NCBI GenBank assembly: GCA_049589355.1
Contig: JBAWAP010000384.1
Coordinates: 2,349 to 66,348, forward strand
From: Anaerolineae bacterium
GTDB lineage: Bacteria; Chloroflexota; Anaerolineae; VGOG01
DNA length: 64,000 bases
Direction of reading: 5' to 3'
Shown: piece by piece, positions 40,609 through 50,696 of the stretch
How the letters are laid out: each line of letters begins with the position of its first letter
Position numbering within the stretch: position 1 is the stretch's first letter
Translations under genes and position numbers: made by a program
The notes under the pieces: model-generated
What the model was told of the DNA's origin: nothing
What the model saw: the letters and a program-made list of their open reading frames with translations, nothing else
The model's database searches: none

Positions 40609-42000
40609 TTGCGATTAAAGTTAGGCTTAGCTTATTTCCGTCTCAAACATCGCCTGATCTGGGCCATAATATACCCTGTCAGAGTGAGGGGGATAAGAAG
40701 CATCCCCTCGATTCTTCTAGGTAGCGCTCGTCGCCTTTGGCGTCAGGTGTTTCGGCGGCGAAAGACGGTCGAAGAACAAAACACCTGGAATCTCTATCTG
40801 GACATCACCTGGTTCGGCGTCCTGAGTGGCATCACGGCTACCTTCGTCAGCGTGTTTGCCATTCGCCTGGGGGCCTCCAATACCCTGGTAGGACTGTTGG
40901 TCTCCCTGCCGGCCCTGATCAGCATCTTCTGGCTGATACCTTCGGCGCGGGTCATCGAGCGCCAACGCCGCCGCCTGCCTATCATCGTGCTAACGGGTTT
41001 CCTGCACCGCCTGGGCTACCTCCTCATCGCTCTGGTGCCTTTCGTGCTTCGCACTCAGCGGCCAGAGGCACTGGTGGCCCTGGTGGCCTTACTCACCATC
41101 CCTGCCGCCATGGCCAGCGTGGCCTTCACGTCCATGATTGCAGATGTGGTGCCAATTGATAAGCGCGCCCACGTGATCAGCATCCGCAACGTGCTTATCT
41201 CCGCTGTCAGCACCGTAACCGTGCTCATCAGCGGGAAGCTCCTTGACCTTCTGCCCTTCCCCTTGAACTACCAGCTTCTCTTTGGCGCTGGCTTCGTCAC
41301 CTCTCTGGTCAGCCTATACTACGTGAGCCGCATTCAGGTGGCTGATGTTAGCATGGCCCAATATCAGGCTCAGCGTAAGGCACCGCTCACTGTTGGCTTT
41401 CGCCGCCTCGTGAAGCAGATAATGAACCAGCGCGATTTCGTGCGCTTTTCCGCCAGTGCTTTCATCTTCCATTGGGGGCTCTATCTGCCCGCGGCCCTCT
41501 ACGCCATCTATCGAGTAAGGAGGCTGGGCGCTTCCGATACCTGGATTGGCCTACTTTCTATGGTAGAGAATGCGGTTACTATTTGGGCTTATTTCTATTG
41601 GGGAGGGGTGGCCAGCCGAAAGGGCAACCGGCTGGTGCTGCTTATATCCAGCCTGGGCATAGTGCTCTTTCCCGTCCTAACTGGCCTCTCAACGAGGATC
41701 GAGCCCCTGCTCCTCGTGTCCGTCATTGGCGGCATCTTTGGAGCGGGGCTTAACCTGTCCTTCTTTAACACTTTGCTGGAGGTCTGTCCGCAGGAGCGAT
41801 TCCCCAGCTACGTGGCCATCAACACCACCTTGATCAATGTGGCCGCCTTCCTGGCCCCCCTGTTGGGCACTTCCCTGGCCAACCTCCTGGACATCAGGAT
41901 CGCCTTCTTCATCGCCGGGGCCATGCGCTTGTTGGGGGCGGGCATCTTCTACGAATTGGTTGTCAGACTTCCGAAGTCTGCCAGACTTCGGAAGTCTTGA
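40609..42000 (+). CDS. MFS transporter
   Basis: 463 aa, 12 TM segments. C-terminal 11 aa (RLPKSARLRKS) encoded by a 33-bp perfect inverted repeat. Confidence 0.8.
   Translation: MRLKLGLAYFRLKHRLIWAIIYPVRVRGIRSIPSILLGSARRLWRQVFRRRKTVEEQNTWNLYLDITWFGVLSGITATFVSVFAIRLGASNTLVGLLVSLPALISIFWLIPSARVIERQRRRLPIIVLTGFLHRLGYLLIALVPFVLRTQRPEALVALVALLTIPAAMASVAFTSMIADVVPIDKRAHVISIRNVLISAVSTVTVLISGKLLDLLPFPLNYQLLFGAGFVTSLVSLYYVSRIQVADVSMAQYQAQRKAPLTVGFRRLVKQIMNQRDFVRFSASAFIFHWGLYLPAALYAIYRVRRLGASDTWIGLLSMVENAVTIWAYFYWGGVASRKGNRLVLLISSLGIVLFPVLTGLSTRIEPLLLVSVIGGIFGAGLNLSFFNTLLEVCPQERFPSYVAINTTLINVAAFLAPLLGTSLANLLDIRIAFFIAGAMRLLGAGIFYELVVRLPKSARLRKS
41965..41997. repeat. 33-bp perfect inverted repeat AGACTTCCGAAGTCT-GCC-AGACTTCGGAAGTCT at gene 3' end (terminator-like hairpin)
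   Basis: Read directly from sequence. Confidence 0.5.
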
Positions 42001-42045
42001 GTGTGAGCGCAAGCCAAACATAACAAACTTCGAGGAGGAAGTTGA

Positions 42046-43236
42046 ATGAAGAACGAACACGAGGTCGTTATCGTCAGTGCGGCGCGCACTCCCATTGGCC
42101 GTTTCCAGGGTACAATATCCAACATCCCTGCCTCAGAGCTGGGGGCGGTGGCCATCAAGGCCGCAGTGGAGCGGGCGGGCATCAACCCGGGCTCCATCGC
42201 TGAGGTGCTGATGGGCAACGTCGTGCAAGCTGGACAAGGCCAGGCCCCCGCTCGCCAGGCTGCCATCAAAGCAGGCATCCCTCCCTTCGTCGGGGCCACG
42301 ACGGTGAACAAGATCTGCGGTTCGGGCCTGAAGACGGTAATGCTGGCTGCGGCGATGATCCAGGTTGGCGATGGCGAGATATTCGTCGCCGGGGGAATGG
42401 AGAGCATGAACATGGGGCCTTACGTCCTGCCCGAGGCCCGCTTTGGCTACCGCTTGGGCGATGGCCAACTGGTGGACGCTATGGTTCACGACGGGCTGTG
42501 GTGCTCTTTCACCAACCAGCACATGGGCAACTCGGCCGAGTGGATCGCTAGAGAATACGGCCTCACTCGTCAGGAGTTGGACGAGTACGCTTACCACAGC
42601 CATAAAAAGGCCATCGCTGCCATTGATGCGGGCAAGTTCAAGGAGGAGATCGTGCCGGTGGAGGTTCCGCAGCGCAAGGGGCCGCCTATCCTCTTCGATA
42701 CCGACGAGTGCCCCCGTCGTGATACCTCACTGGAAGCTCTGACCAGGCTCAAGCCCGCTTTCCAAAAGGACGGCTTGGTTACTGCTGGTAACTCGCCGGG
42801 CATCACTGATGGGGCAGCCGCGGTGGTGGTAATGAGCCGGGGGAAGGCTGATGAGCTGGGGATAGAGCCGCTGGCGCGGATCGTCGGCTATGATCAGGCG
42901 GCCGTAGAACCGCTGAAGGTGTTCACCGCTCCCATCTTTGCCGTGCGGAAGCTGCTGGAGAAGACTGGCTACAGCCTGGACGATTTGGACCTCATTGAGG
43001 CAAATGAGGCCTTCGCGGCCCAGGTTGTGGCCGACGGCAAGGCGCTGGGGTGGGATTGGGACAGGGTGAACGTCAACGGCGGGGCCATCGCCCTGGGCCA
43101 TCCCATTGGCTGCAGCGGGGCGCGTATCCTGACGACCCTCATCTACGCCCTGAAGGATCGCGGCCTGAAGACCGGCCTGGCTACCCTCTGCCTCGGGGGA
43201 GGGGAAGCAGTGGCGATGATTGTCGAACTGATCTAG
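42046..43236 (+). CDS. Acetyl-CoA C-acetyltransferase (thiolase II)
   Basis: [22 protein letters not shown] (active Cys), [17 protein letters not shown]-terminal signature. Confidence 0.9.
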   Translation: MKNEHEVVIVSAARTPIGRFQGTISNIPASELGAVAIKAAVERAGINPGSIAEVLMGNVVQAGQGQAPARQAAIKAGIPPFVGATTVNKICGSGLKTVMLAAAMIQVGDGEIFVAGGMESMNMGPYVLPEARFGYRLGDGQLVDAMVHDGLWCSFTNQHMGNSAEWIAREYGLTRQELDEYAYHSHKKAIAAIDAGKFKEEIVPVEVPQRKGPPILFDTDECPRRDTSLEALTRLKPAFQKDGLVTAGNSPGITDGAAAVVVMSRGKADELGIEPLARIVGYDQAAVEPLKVFTAPIFAVRKLLEKTGYSLDDLDLIEANEAFAAQVVADGKALGWDWDRVNVNGGAIALGHPIGCSGARILTTLIYALKDRGLKTGLATLCLGGGEAVAMIVELI

Positions 43237-44693
43237 AGCAACTCCAGCAGTCTCCTGACCCCTATCGGGATCAGGTCACCGGCCGCGCCGCTTCCAATGG
43301 CATCCATCCCCACAAGATAGAGACCCTCGATGGGCGTGCGAGGATCCAAACGCATATCCCCTACCTGTCCGAAGGTCTGGGCGCATCCGGCCCCGGTCCA
43401 ACCTCCCAGGAAAAACATGGGCACCATCATCTCGGCGATTTCGTCCAGGTGGGGAAAGAAGGCCCTCAGGTCGGCCATGGCCAACTCGAGCTCCGCCCGC
43501 CAGTCTTTGGAGAGCAAGGGGAGGAAGACGTCCACCGTATGTCTTCCCGGCGGGGCGACACCTGGGTCGAAGAAGGTTGGGGCAAACAGGCCCACCACCC
43601 GGTCGGTGCCTGTCGTCATGAGCATCGGCACGCCCTCCCAGAGGGGCTCGGTGGTGCCCAGAATGATGGCCACGCACTCCAAGGGGATGAACCCTTCGAT
43701 GCGCTCCACGTAATCGGGGGGCAAGTTCTCCCTCCCAACGAGGTTTATCAGCCCCCTGACTCCGCCGTTGTGGATGACCACATCGGCCGCCACCTCATCG
43801 CCATTGGCCAAGATCACCCCCCTGGCTCGCCCATCCTCAAGCAGGAGGCTAGCTACCTCCGTACGAGTGAAGATCTCACCATCGTGGGCCTCGATCACTT
43901 TGGCCAGGGCCTCGATGATCGCCCTCACCCCTCCCACGGGAAAGGCGAATTCCAGCCCAGCGGCCCGCGTATCCATAGTGATTTGAACATACTCGCTGGC
44001 AGGGAAGTCCTCGGCCCTCACTCCTGAGGCCGTGCCCACGATGGTGTCGAGTACTGCCATCAGGTCATCGTTCTGGACGTATCTCCCCACGTAATCCGTG
44101 GTGCTCATATCGTGGGGTGCGCCCTTCTTCCCTTCGATGAGGGCACGCAGGAAGCCTCGCATGTCCTCACGGGAGAGCATCTGGTCCAGCGAGGAATAAC
44201 GCCGTCCGTCCTTGAACCATATCCCGGACTGCTGGGCCGCACCTTTCTCCCTGAGGGTGATATACCGGACATCGGCGCCCACGTCTTTCAGGAAGCGGCC
44301 GATGTTGCACTGCTCGCCCAGGGAGGTCCAGGCGGCGGTGGTGACGGCGTAGCCGTGGTAATCGAGCTCGGTATAGCGCCCGCCGATGAAGGAGAGCCTC
44401 TCGAAGACACCCACCTTTCGGCCCTCTTTGGCCAGCCAGCCGGCAGCCATCAGCCCCCCTATGCCCGCGCCGACGACCACGACATCGTAGCGGTCTTGAT
44501 ACTTGGCCTTGGACAGTTCGATAGGAGACGCGGGGACGAGGCAGCGGTTCGGGCAGGCGAAGAAGCAGATATTGCAATCGTTGCAGCGCTCCTCATCCAC
44601 CCTGGCCCAACCATCGGAGGAGATAGCATCCTGGGGACAACTCAGCAGGCAATAGCCGCAGCCGGTGCAATTCTCCATCTCAACTTTCATCAC
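43233..44693 (-). CDS. FAD-dependent oxidoreductase with N-terminal 4Fe-4S ferredoxin domain
   Basis: CTGCGYCLLSCP...CNDCNICFFACP then VVVGAGIGGLMAAG dinucleotide fold. Confidence 0.75.
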   Translation of the reverse strand: MMKVEMENCTGCGYCLLSCPQDAISSDGWARVDEERCNDCNICFFACPNRCLVPASPIELSKAKYQDRYDVVVVGAGIGGLMAAGWLAKEGRKVGVFERLSFIGGRYTELDYHGYAVTTAAWTSLGEQCNIGRFLKDVGADVRYITLREKGAAQQSGIWFKDGRRYSSLDQMLSREDMRGFLRALIEGKKGAPHDMSTTDYVGRYVQNDDLMAVLDTIVGTASGVRAEDFPASEYVQITMDTRAAGLEFAFPVGGVRAIIEALAKVIEAHDGEIFTRTEVASLLLEDGRARGVILANGDEVAADVVIHNGGVRGLINLVGRENLPPDYVERIEGFIPLECVAIILGTTEPLWEGVPMLMTTGTDRVVGLFAPTFFDPGVAPPGRHTVDVFLPLLSKDWRAELELAMADLRAFFPHLDEIAEMMVPMFFLGGWTGAGCAQTFGQVGDMRLDPRTPIEGLYLVGMDAIGSGAAGDLIPIGVRRLLELL

Positions 44694-44791
44694 TATCCCC
44701 CTCCCACAAGTCCTCAGCCACCCATGCCAATCCCAACTCCTCCAGCTTCTTCCGGCTTGGCTTGCCAGTGGACAACTTGCCTGCCTTCTCT

Positions 44792-45451
44792 CTATTCACA
44801 TTGGGCTTCCACTTCCAGGGCAAACCGCTCAGCCTCGCCGCAAATACCCCGTACCCGATCAAAGCGGGCCACCACTTGAGGAGCCAGATGAATATCGTAC
44901 TGGCGGGTGGTAGGTTTTTTGATCTTACCGTCAGACGTTCGCTTCAACTGAAAGCCCAAGTCGCTGAAATTTGCCAGCCGTTCTAGTGGTTCCAGATCAC
45001 ATTCGAGCAAGCTGTCTCCACCAGCAATCGCTGCGCAGACCCAGGCGTCACTGGTTTTGGATGGCACGGCTATAATGGCATTAGGAGGAAGTTGACCACC
45101 AGCCCATTGGATGACGAGACCACGCAAAGCATTGGTAGTGTCGGAAGCGGGAGGACACGGTCGTTCCAGATTGATCGCGGGGTTGTGGGCAATGCTCGCG
45201 TCTATGTGAATCACCAACAGATCAATAGGATCACCGTATTCTTGCATAAACTGGATCAAACGGGGACCATAGCGTTGACACCAGCGCTTTACACCTGCCC
45301 ATCCCGTCACAGCGTCTCCTGCACTGGCGGACAGTTCATCAATAGGGGGATGAATGCGTCGAACCCCCTCAACAGCCGGGCAGAGCTTTTTGATAACAGC
45401 CTCGAAAACGGGGAAATCCCGCGTCCCTTCTACGACGATGCCAGCGATCAT
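44792..45451 (-). CDS. DUF4276-like small protein (partner of upstream AAA/ABC ATPase)
   Basis: ~220 aa beginning MIAGIVVEGTRDFPVFEAV (VEGxxE/D N-terminal acidic motif typical of DUF4276). 12-nt overlap with the ATPase gene. Confidence 0.4.
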   Translation of the reverse strand: MIAGIVVEGTRDFPVFEAVIKKLCPAVEGVRRIHPPIDELSASAGDAVTGWAGVKRWCQRYGPRLIQFMQEYGDPIDLLVIHIDASIAHNPAINLERPCPPASDTTNALRGLVIQWAGGQLPPNAIIAVPSKTSDAWVCAAIAGGDSLLECDLEPLERLANFSDLGFQLKRTSDGKIKKPTTRQYDIHLAPQVVARFDRVRGICGEAERFALEVEAQCE

Positions 45452-45461
45452 GGTCTTTATC

Positions 45462-46691
45462 CTATAGCAGCCTGGGCACGCCACCCAGTCGCCCCATCAC
45501 CCATAGCTCGGAAAGCGTAACGTGCTTCTGCTCCAGCTCTTGCAGCAGAGCCTCTGTCACCCGTAGGGGCTTAATTTGAGTCATACCTTCGTGGCGGTCT
45601 ACAGTGAACAACCGGATGCGTTCATCGCGCAGGTTGAGACCATCCAGCACCATTGGGTTATGAGTAGTGAGGAGCACCTGCCGTTGATTTTCCGATGCCA
45701 ATACCTGCTCGCAGAACAGTTTCGTCAAGGCGCGTGCCAGCAGAGGGTGCATCGCTTGATCAAAGTTGTCAATCGCCAGCAAACGAGGCGCTCCGGGGTG
45801 TAGTGCCAACACCAACGTGAATAGCACGTACATCGCACCTTCGCTGGCGTCATAGCCCGATAAAACGTTTCGTCCTTCCCGCATCCAGGTATCTTGGAAA
45901 CGAACAATCAAGCGGGTAGCGGGAACACTAGGAGAGAGAATCTGTCGCGAGGGAGGACCGACAGAAATGCTTGCTACCCAGTCCAGTAGCTCCTGTAACT
46001 CATCCAATTCGAGGCTGCCGAACGTTCTTGCACGCGGATCGAGCAGGGTTTCAATAGCTTCAGCGAGTTGGCCACCAAAGAGTCCAACCGGAACGCGAGG
46101 GGCCGGGTCGGGGGCAATGCCGCGTAGGATCGGCGTTGTCGGTGCAAAGATAGCAAAATCTTCCAGCACCGACAACAAGGCAGCCGGTGCTCCCTCACAT
46201 GCCTCATGTCCCCGAACAAGGGCGGCGAAACCTGTATCAGGACGCATTGGGTACTCAGTACGCCGAGCACGTTGGCCCAACGAGGCCCCTCGTGGCGAAC
46301 GCCCCATGACTTTGCGATTGCCACGGAGTATACTTTCTGTCATGTATTCCCAGGCCGGTTTGGGTTCTTCAATAATGTTATCTAAACCCACTTTGTAGGT
46401 GGCGCTCTCTTCGGCTGTTCTCCATGTAGCCGAGAGGGTGATGAAACGGCGATATTTTTTCTCCCTTTGAGAGAATTTGTATAACGCAGGCACACCAGGC
46501 CGCACACCACGCCGCAGTAGCGCCAGATCATCCACCCGACCAGCGGCAGCAGCACCCAGCACACCCAAAGCTTCCAGGAAATTACTTTTACCGCTGCCGT
46601 TGGCGCCGACGAATACATTGACTTGACCCAACTCCAGATTCTCAAGTTCCCAGATTGACTTGAATCCTTCTACGTTAATGGTGTGTAACAT
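45462..46691 (-). CDS. AAA_21/ABC-type ATPase (OLD/AriA/AbiLi-like architecture)
   Basis: MLHTINVEGFKSIWELE...GANGSGKSNFLEALGV Walker A; C-terminal LLAIDNFDQAMHP (Walker B/D-loop) and LLTTHNP H-loop. ATG at 46691 with GGAGGTGGAG RBS. Confidence 0.7.
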   Translation of the reverse strand: MLHTINVEGFKSIWELENLELGQVNVFVGANGSGKSNFLEALGVLGAAAAGRVDDLALLRRGVRPGVPALYKFSQREKKYRRFITLSATWRTAEESATYKVGLDNIIEEPKPAWEYMTESILRGNRKVMGRSPRGASLGQRARRTEYPMRPDTGFAALVRGHEACEGAPAALLSVLEDFAIFAPTTPILRGIAPDPAPRVPVGLFGGQLAEAIETLLDPRARTFGSLELDELQELLDWVASISVGPPSRQILSPSVPATRLIVRFQDTWMREGRNVLSGYDASEGAMYVLFTLVLALHPGAPRLLAIDNFDQAMHPLLARALTKLFCEQVLASENQRQVLLTTHNPMVLDGLNLRDERIRLFTVDRHEGMTQIKPLRVTEALLQELEQKHVTLSELWVMGRLGGVPRLL

Positions 46692-46716
46692 ACTCCACCT
46701 CCTGTGGGAGAATAGT

Positions 46717-48564
46717 TCAAGCTGCGTTCCACAACTCGTCAGCAGCGAAGCCCAAGCCCAGCCTCTCCAGCACCTCTCGCGTGGGCTTGCCCGTTGCCGG
46801 ATCCCAGTCCCTGGCCTCGTAGTACTCACCGAGCATCAGTTCCAGGTCAGGCACGTGGCCCTGGGTCCCACCCTCGGAGAGGGGCTGCAAGACCAGTTTG
46901 GGCAGCCTGTCGTCGGCACGGGTCAGCCCCAGGCGATGGTTGAAAGCCCGTTTCAGGTTCCAGATGCGCTCGCCCGCGAGCAGCATGTCGTCAGTGGTCA
47001 CCTCCCAGCCAGTGGCTGTTGCCAGCAGGTCAATATAGCTCTGGGCGGGGGCATTGGAGAAGTAGCACACGACGAGGGAGTTGCAGAAGCTACGCCAGTC
47101 CTGATGGCGAGCCACAATCTGGGCCTTGCCCTCCATCTGAAAACGGTCGGTCATAGGGATTCCCAGCTCTTCCAGCGATCGTCCGCTCTCCACCCAATAC
47201 ATGTCGCTCTGATTGTGGCTTCCCCCAAGAGGTGAGGTGGCGTAGACCAGGGCCATGGCCGAAAAAGCGCGGGGATCGTGCATGCCCAACTCCAGGCCAT
47301 TGACCTGGACGGCCAGTTCCTCCGCTCCATACTGCTGACCCAGCCATCGTGAGCCCTCGGCCAAGGCGTCACCCAAGCTCTCCCTTCGTGCGATCATCCC
47401 GATCAGTTCGGCGACTGTGTCCGGATCGCCCCATCGCAGAGCCAAGCCGCTCGTCTCGGCAGGGCCGATGATGCCACACTCGAAGAGGTGATGGGCGAAG
47501 GCGATGGTGGAGCCAGTGCTGATGGTGTCCAGGCCGTAGGTGTCGCAGAGGTGGCCCAGATAGGTGACGGCAGGGAGGTTGTCAATGAGCAATATGGTGC
47601 CCAAAGCAGCCACGGTCTCGTACTCTGGCCCCTTGGTCTCCGCTAGCTTATACTTTCCCTCTTTAACCTCCACCTTGCGTCCGCAGGCGACGGGGCAGCC
47701 GTAGCAGGTGGAGTAGCCGGTGAGGATCGTCTCGCCCATTGTCGAGCCACTGAGAGCTTCCGCCTCGGGAAATTCCCCTTCGGTAAAATACCGGTTGGGA
47801 GGGCTCCCCAAGAGCATGAGGTAATCGAGAGTTCCGGCTGTTCCCGTGACCCGAAGCGCCTCGGTGAGGGAATCGTCCTTGAGGACACTCAGCATCTCCC
47901 GGACGAAGGTCTTAAAATGCTCCTCCTCAGCCAAAGGCACCTGTCCATTGCCACGCACGGCCACGGCTTTGAGGTTCTTGGAGCCCATGACCGTACCCAT
48001 GCCGGTCCGGGCTGCTGCTCGCCCCTTGTCGCTGATGATGGCCGCGTACTTGACCAGGTTCTCACCAGCCGGGCCGATGCAGGCCACTCTGGTCTTAGCG
48101 TCGCCCATTTCCTCCCTGATAGCTTCCTGGGTCTCGAAAGTACCCTTGCCCCAGAGGTGCTTGGCGTCCCGAAGGGTGGCCTTGCCATCGGCGATGTGAA
48201 GGTACACAGGCTCCGGCGCTTTGCCCTTGATGATGATGCCATCATAGCCAGCGAACCTCAACTCGGGGCCGAAAAAGCCACCAGCATTGGCCTCGCCCCA
48301 GAGGCCGGTGAGGGGCGAACGGGCGCAGACCACAAAGCGACCGCAGGAGGGGGCGCGGGTGCCCGTGAGTGGGCCGGTCATGAAGAACAGCGGATTCACG
48401 GAATCTAACGGATGAACGGAAGCATCGAGCATGTCGTAAATGTAGCGGCAGGCCAGCCCGCTGCCGCCGATGAATTGGTTGGCGTAGTTTTCGTTCAAGG
48501 GTTCGTCCTCGATCTTGCCACTGGTCAGATCAACGACCAGTAGTTTGCCCATGTAGCCGTTCAA
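46717..48564 (-). CDS. Aldehyde:ferredoxin oxidoreductase (tungsten-containing AOR family)
   Basis: 615 aa, N-terminal MGKLLVVDLTSGKI and conserved AOR domains. Confidence 0.9.
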   Translation of the reverse strand: MNGYMGKLLVVDLTSGKIEDEPLNENYANQFIGGSGLACRYIYDMLDASVHPLDSVNPLFFMTGPLTGTRAPSCGRFVVCARSPLTGLWGEANAGGFFGPELRFAGYDGIIIKGKAPEPVYLHIADGKATLRDAKHLWGKGTFETQEAIREEMGDAKTRVACIGPAGENLVKYAAIISDKGRAAARTGMGTVMGSKNLKAVAVRGNGQVPLAEEEHFKTFVREMLSVLKDDSLTEALRVTGTAGTLDYLMLLGSPPNRYFTEGEFPEAEALSGSTMGETILTGYSTCYGCPVACGRKVEVKEGKYKLAETKGPEYETVAALGTILLIDNLPAVTYLGHLCDTYGLDTISTGSTIAFAHHLFECGIIGPAETSGLALRWGDPDTVAELIGMIARRESLGDALAEGSRWLGQQYGAEELAVQVNGLELGMHDPRAFSAMALVYATSPLGGSHNQSDMYWVESGRSLEELGIPMTDRFQMEGKAQIVARHQDWRSFCNSLVVCYFSNAPAQSYIDLLATATGWEVTTDDMLLAGERIWNLKRAFNHRLGLTRADDRLPKLVLQPLSEGGTQGHVPDLELMLGEYYEARDWDPATGKPTREVLERLGLGFAADELWNAA

Positions 48565-48580
48565 GTCGTCCTCCTTGATT

Positions 48581-48650
48581 GGTTAACGAGTAACAAGGTA
48601 ACGAGTCAATGAGGCCCTTGTCAACTCATACCTCGTTGACTCATCAACTC
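48581..48650. repeat. Palindromic GTAACGAGTCAA-family element, copy C (fills AOR-ADH intergenic gap)
   Basis: GGTTAACGAGTAACAAGGTAACGAGTCAATGAG-GCCC-TTGTCAACTCATACCTCGTTGACTCATCAAC. Confidence 0.55.
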
Positions 48651-48651
48651 C

Positions 48652-49794
48652 CTAGAAGTCAATGGCCCTGCCCTCGAAGGCATATCGGTAGAGCCTCTCG
48701 AACTCCTCCGCGCTGGGGATGCGGGGGTTGCTGAAAGTGGCGTTGTCGCCCTCGGCGTTCTCGATCAGCTTGGGTAGGGCGGCCTCGAAGTCCTCCTGGC
48801 TGATTCTCAGCTCGCGGATGGACGTGGGCTGTTCGATGCGCCGGGCCAGCTCCCGGATGGTCCTCACCAACGCCTCCGGAGAGGGCTCCAGGCCCAGGAA
48901 ATGGGCGATCTCGATGTAGCGGCTTCCCTCCTGGTTAGCTGTGAACTCGGTGGTGTAGGGCAGGAACAAGCCGACGGCCCGGCCGTGGGGCACGTGAAAG
49001 ACAGCTCCCAGGGAATGGCCCATCCCATGGGCCAAAGTGGCCCAGGAGTTACCGAAGCCCAACCCGGCGATGGTGGCCGCGATGTGCATCTTCCCCCTTG
49101 CCTCCTCGTCGCCCTCGTAGGCTCGGGGAAGGTGATCGAAGATCAGTTGAATGGCCTTGAGGCACAATCCGTCACAGAAGTCGTTGTGGTAGATGCAGGT
49201 GTAACCCTCCACGGCGTGAGTGAGGCCGTCCATGCCGGTGTCAGCCGCCAAGCGAGGGGGGAGCTCGGCCACCAGGCTGGGGTCAACGATGGCCATGTCA
49301 GCCATGACCTCGCGCGAGCCCAGGGCCAGCTTCCTCCCCTCCTTCACATCGGTCAAGACCACGGCCCATGTGACTTCGGCCCCGGTGCCAGAGGTGGTGG
49401 GGATGGTGATGAGGCGGGCCTTTTTGCGCAGGCCCAAGGTCTCCATGGGATTTATCTCATCGGGCTCCATGTCCGGCCGCTCGTAGAGCACCCACATAGC
49501 CTTCGCCGCATCCATCGGTGAGCCGCCACCCAGTCCGACGATCCAATCCGGCTGGTAGGCAAGCGCGGCCTGCGCTCCCCGCTTTACCATCTCCAGGGAG
49601 GGGTCAGGCTCCACCTCGGCGAAGACTCGCGTCTCGATCCCCGCCTCCTTGAGGTGGCCAATGACCCTGTCCACGAAGCCTAGCTTCACCATGTTCTGAT
49701 CGGTAACGATGAGAGCCCGCTTCCCCTCGATCTCACTCAGGTAGCTCAGGGCATCCTCGCCGAAGACGATCTCTGGACTGTTAAAGAACCACAT
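48652..49794 (-). CDS. Iron-containing alcohol dehydrogenase
   Basis: GGGSPMDAAK motif and conserved His metal ligands. Confidence 0.9.
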   Translation of the reverse strand: MWFFNSPEIVFGEDALSYLSEIEGKRALIVTDQNMVKLGFVDRVIGHLKEAGIETRVFAEVEPDPSLEMVKRGAQAALAYQPDWIVGLGGGSPMDAAKAMWVLYERPDMEPDEINPMETLGLRKKARLITIPTTSGTGAEVTWAVVLTDVKEGRKLALGSREVMADMAIVDPSLVAELPPRLAADTGMDGLTHAVEGYTCIYHNDFCDGLCLKAIQLIFDHLPRAYEGDEEARGKMHIAATIAGLGFGNSWATLAHGMGHSLGAVFHVPHGRAVGLFLPYTTEFTANQEGSRYIEIAHFLGLEPSPEALVRTIRELARRIEQPTSIRELRISQEDFEAALPKLIENAEGDNATFSNPRIPSAEEFERLYRYAFEGRAIDF

Positions 49795-49803
49795 GCTTCT
49801 CTC

Positions 49804-50082
49804 CTAAGACTGATCCCGATACCAGGCCGGGTTGACGTAGATCACTGAATGGATAGCCTCAATGGGATACACCTTGAGTGCCTTGCCAAGGGCAGTCCGG
49901 ATGGCCTCCTGATCGGGGGCTTCCCAATCACAGAACAGCTTGTTCGCCTCTGACGTGTACCAACTGCTGATCCACTCCACCCCTGGCTTAAGGCGGGCCA
50001 CTACCTGCTTCGCCAGGTCAACGAGTTGGTCCTGCGAGATCTCCTCCGCGGCCACATTGTGAATTACGATAAACCTTGCCAT
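49804..50082 (-). CDS. DUF4242 domain protein
   Basis: 92 aa; KLFCDWEAPDQEAIRTA core resembles DUF4242. Confidence 0.5.
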   Translation of the reverse strand: MARFIVIHNVAAEEISQDQLVDLAKQVVARLKPGVEWISSWYTSEANKLFCDWEAPDQEAIRTALGKALKVYPIEAIHSVIYVNPAWYRDQS

Positions 50083-50131
50083 TGCTCCCTCCTTCTTGGG
50101 TAGATCGCTTGACCTTTCCGACAGGCCAGCT

Positions 50132-50539
50132 CTAGGACGGAAACTCGGTCTCGATGTGGGTACAGCACTCCACCAGCTCCTGGGCGGCCTTGACGTTGCG
50201 CATGATCATGGCCATGTTGCCCTTGAGCTTTATCTGACGGGTCAGCAATCCCTGGATCACGTCCAGCTTCTTGGTAACCACCTTTTCCCAGACACTCAAG
50301 GGTGCTGCCATCCTGAACACCGGTTCCTTCTCACTCTCATCGGTGACCAGGTAGGCATCGCGACACTTGCCATGCCAGAGGTCCATGTAGTAGATGACAG
50401 GCCCCGTCATGCTGCCCTCGGGGGTGATAATGAAATAGAAATCCCCCTCCCATTGCTCAGCCGCCTTGGCATACGGCTCGCTTTGATTGATATCAACCTG
50501 GAGCGCCTTGATCCATTCGTCCAAAAGAAACTTTGGCAT
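50132..50539 (-). CDS. SCP2 sterol-binding domain protein
   Basis: C-terminal KLDVIQGLLTRQIKLKGNMAMIMRN matches SCP2 fold signature. Confidence 0.65.
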   Translation of the reverse strand: MPKFLLDEWIKALQVDINQSEPYAKAAEQWEGDFYFIITPEGSMTGPVIYYMDLWHGKCRDAYLVTDESEKEPVFRMAAPLSVWEKVVTKKLDVIQGLLTRQIKLKGNMAMIMRNVKAAQELVECCTHIETEFPS

Positions 50540-50696
50540 TATCTTCCTCCTTGAAGTATTGTTATCATTCAGTACCACATCGAATTGAGAAAGGAACTAA
50601 TTTCTTTGAAGTAGGGATTCCGCAACGTGGGAAATTATACAACTGATGCGAGCAATGGTCAAGGAAGAAGCAAGCGGACTGCTTGAACGTAACTGC

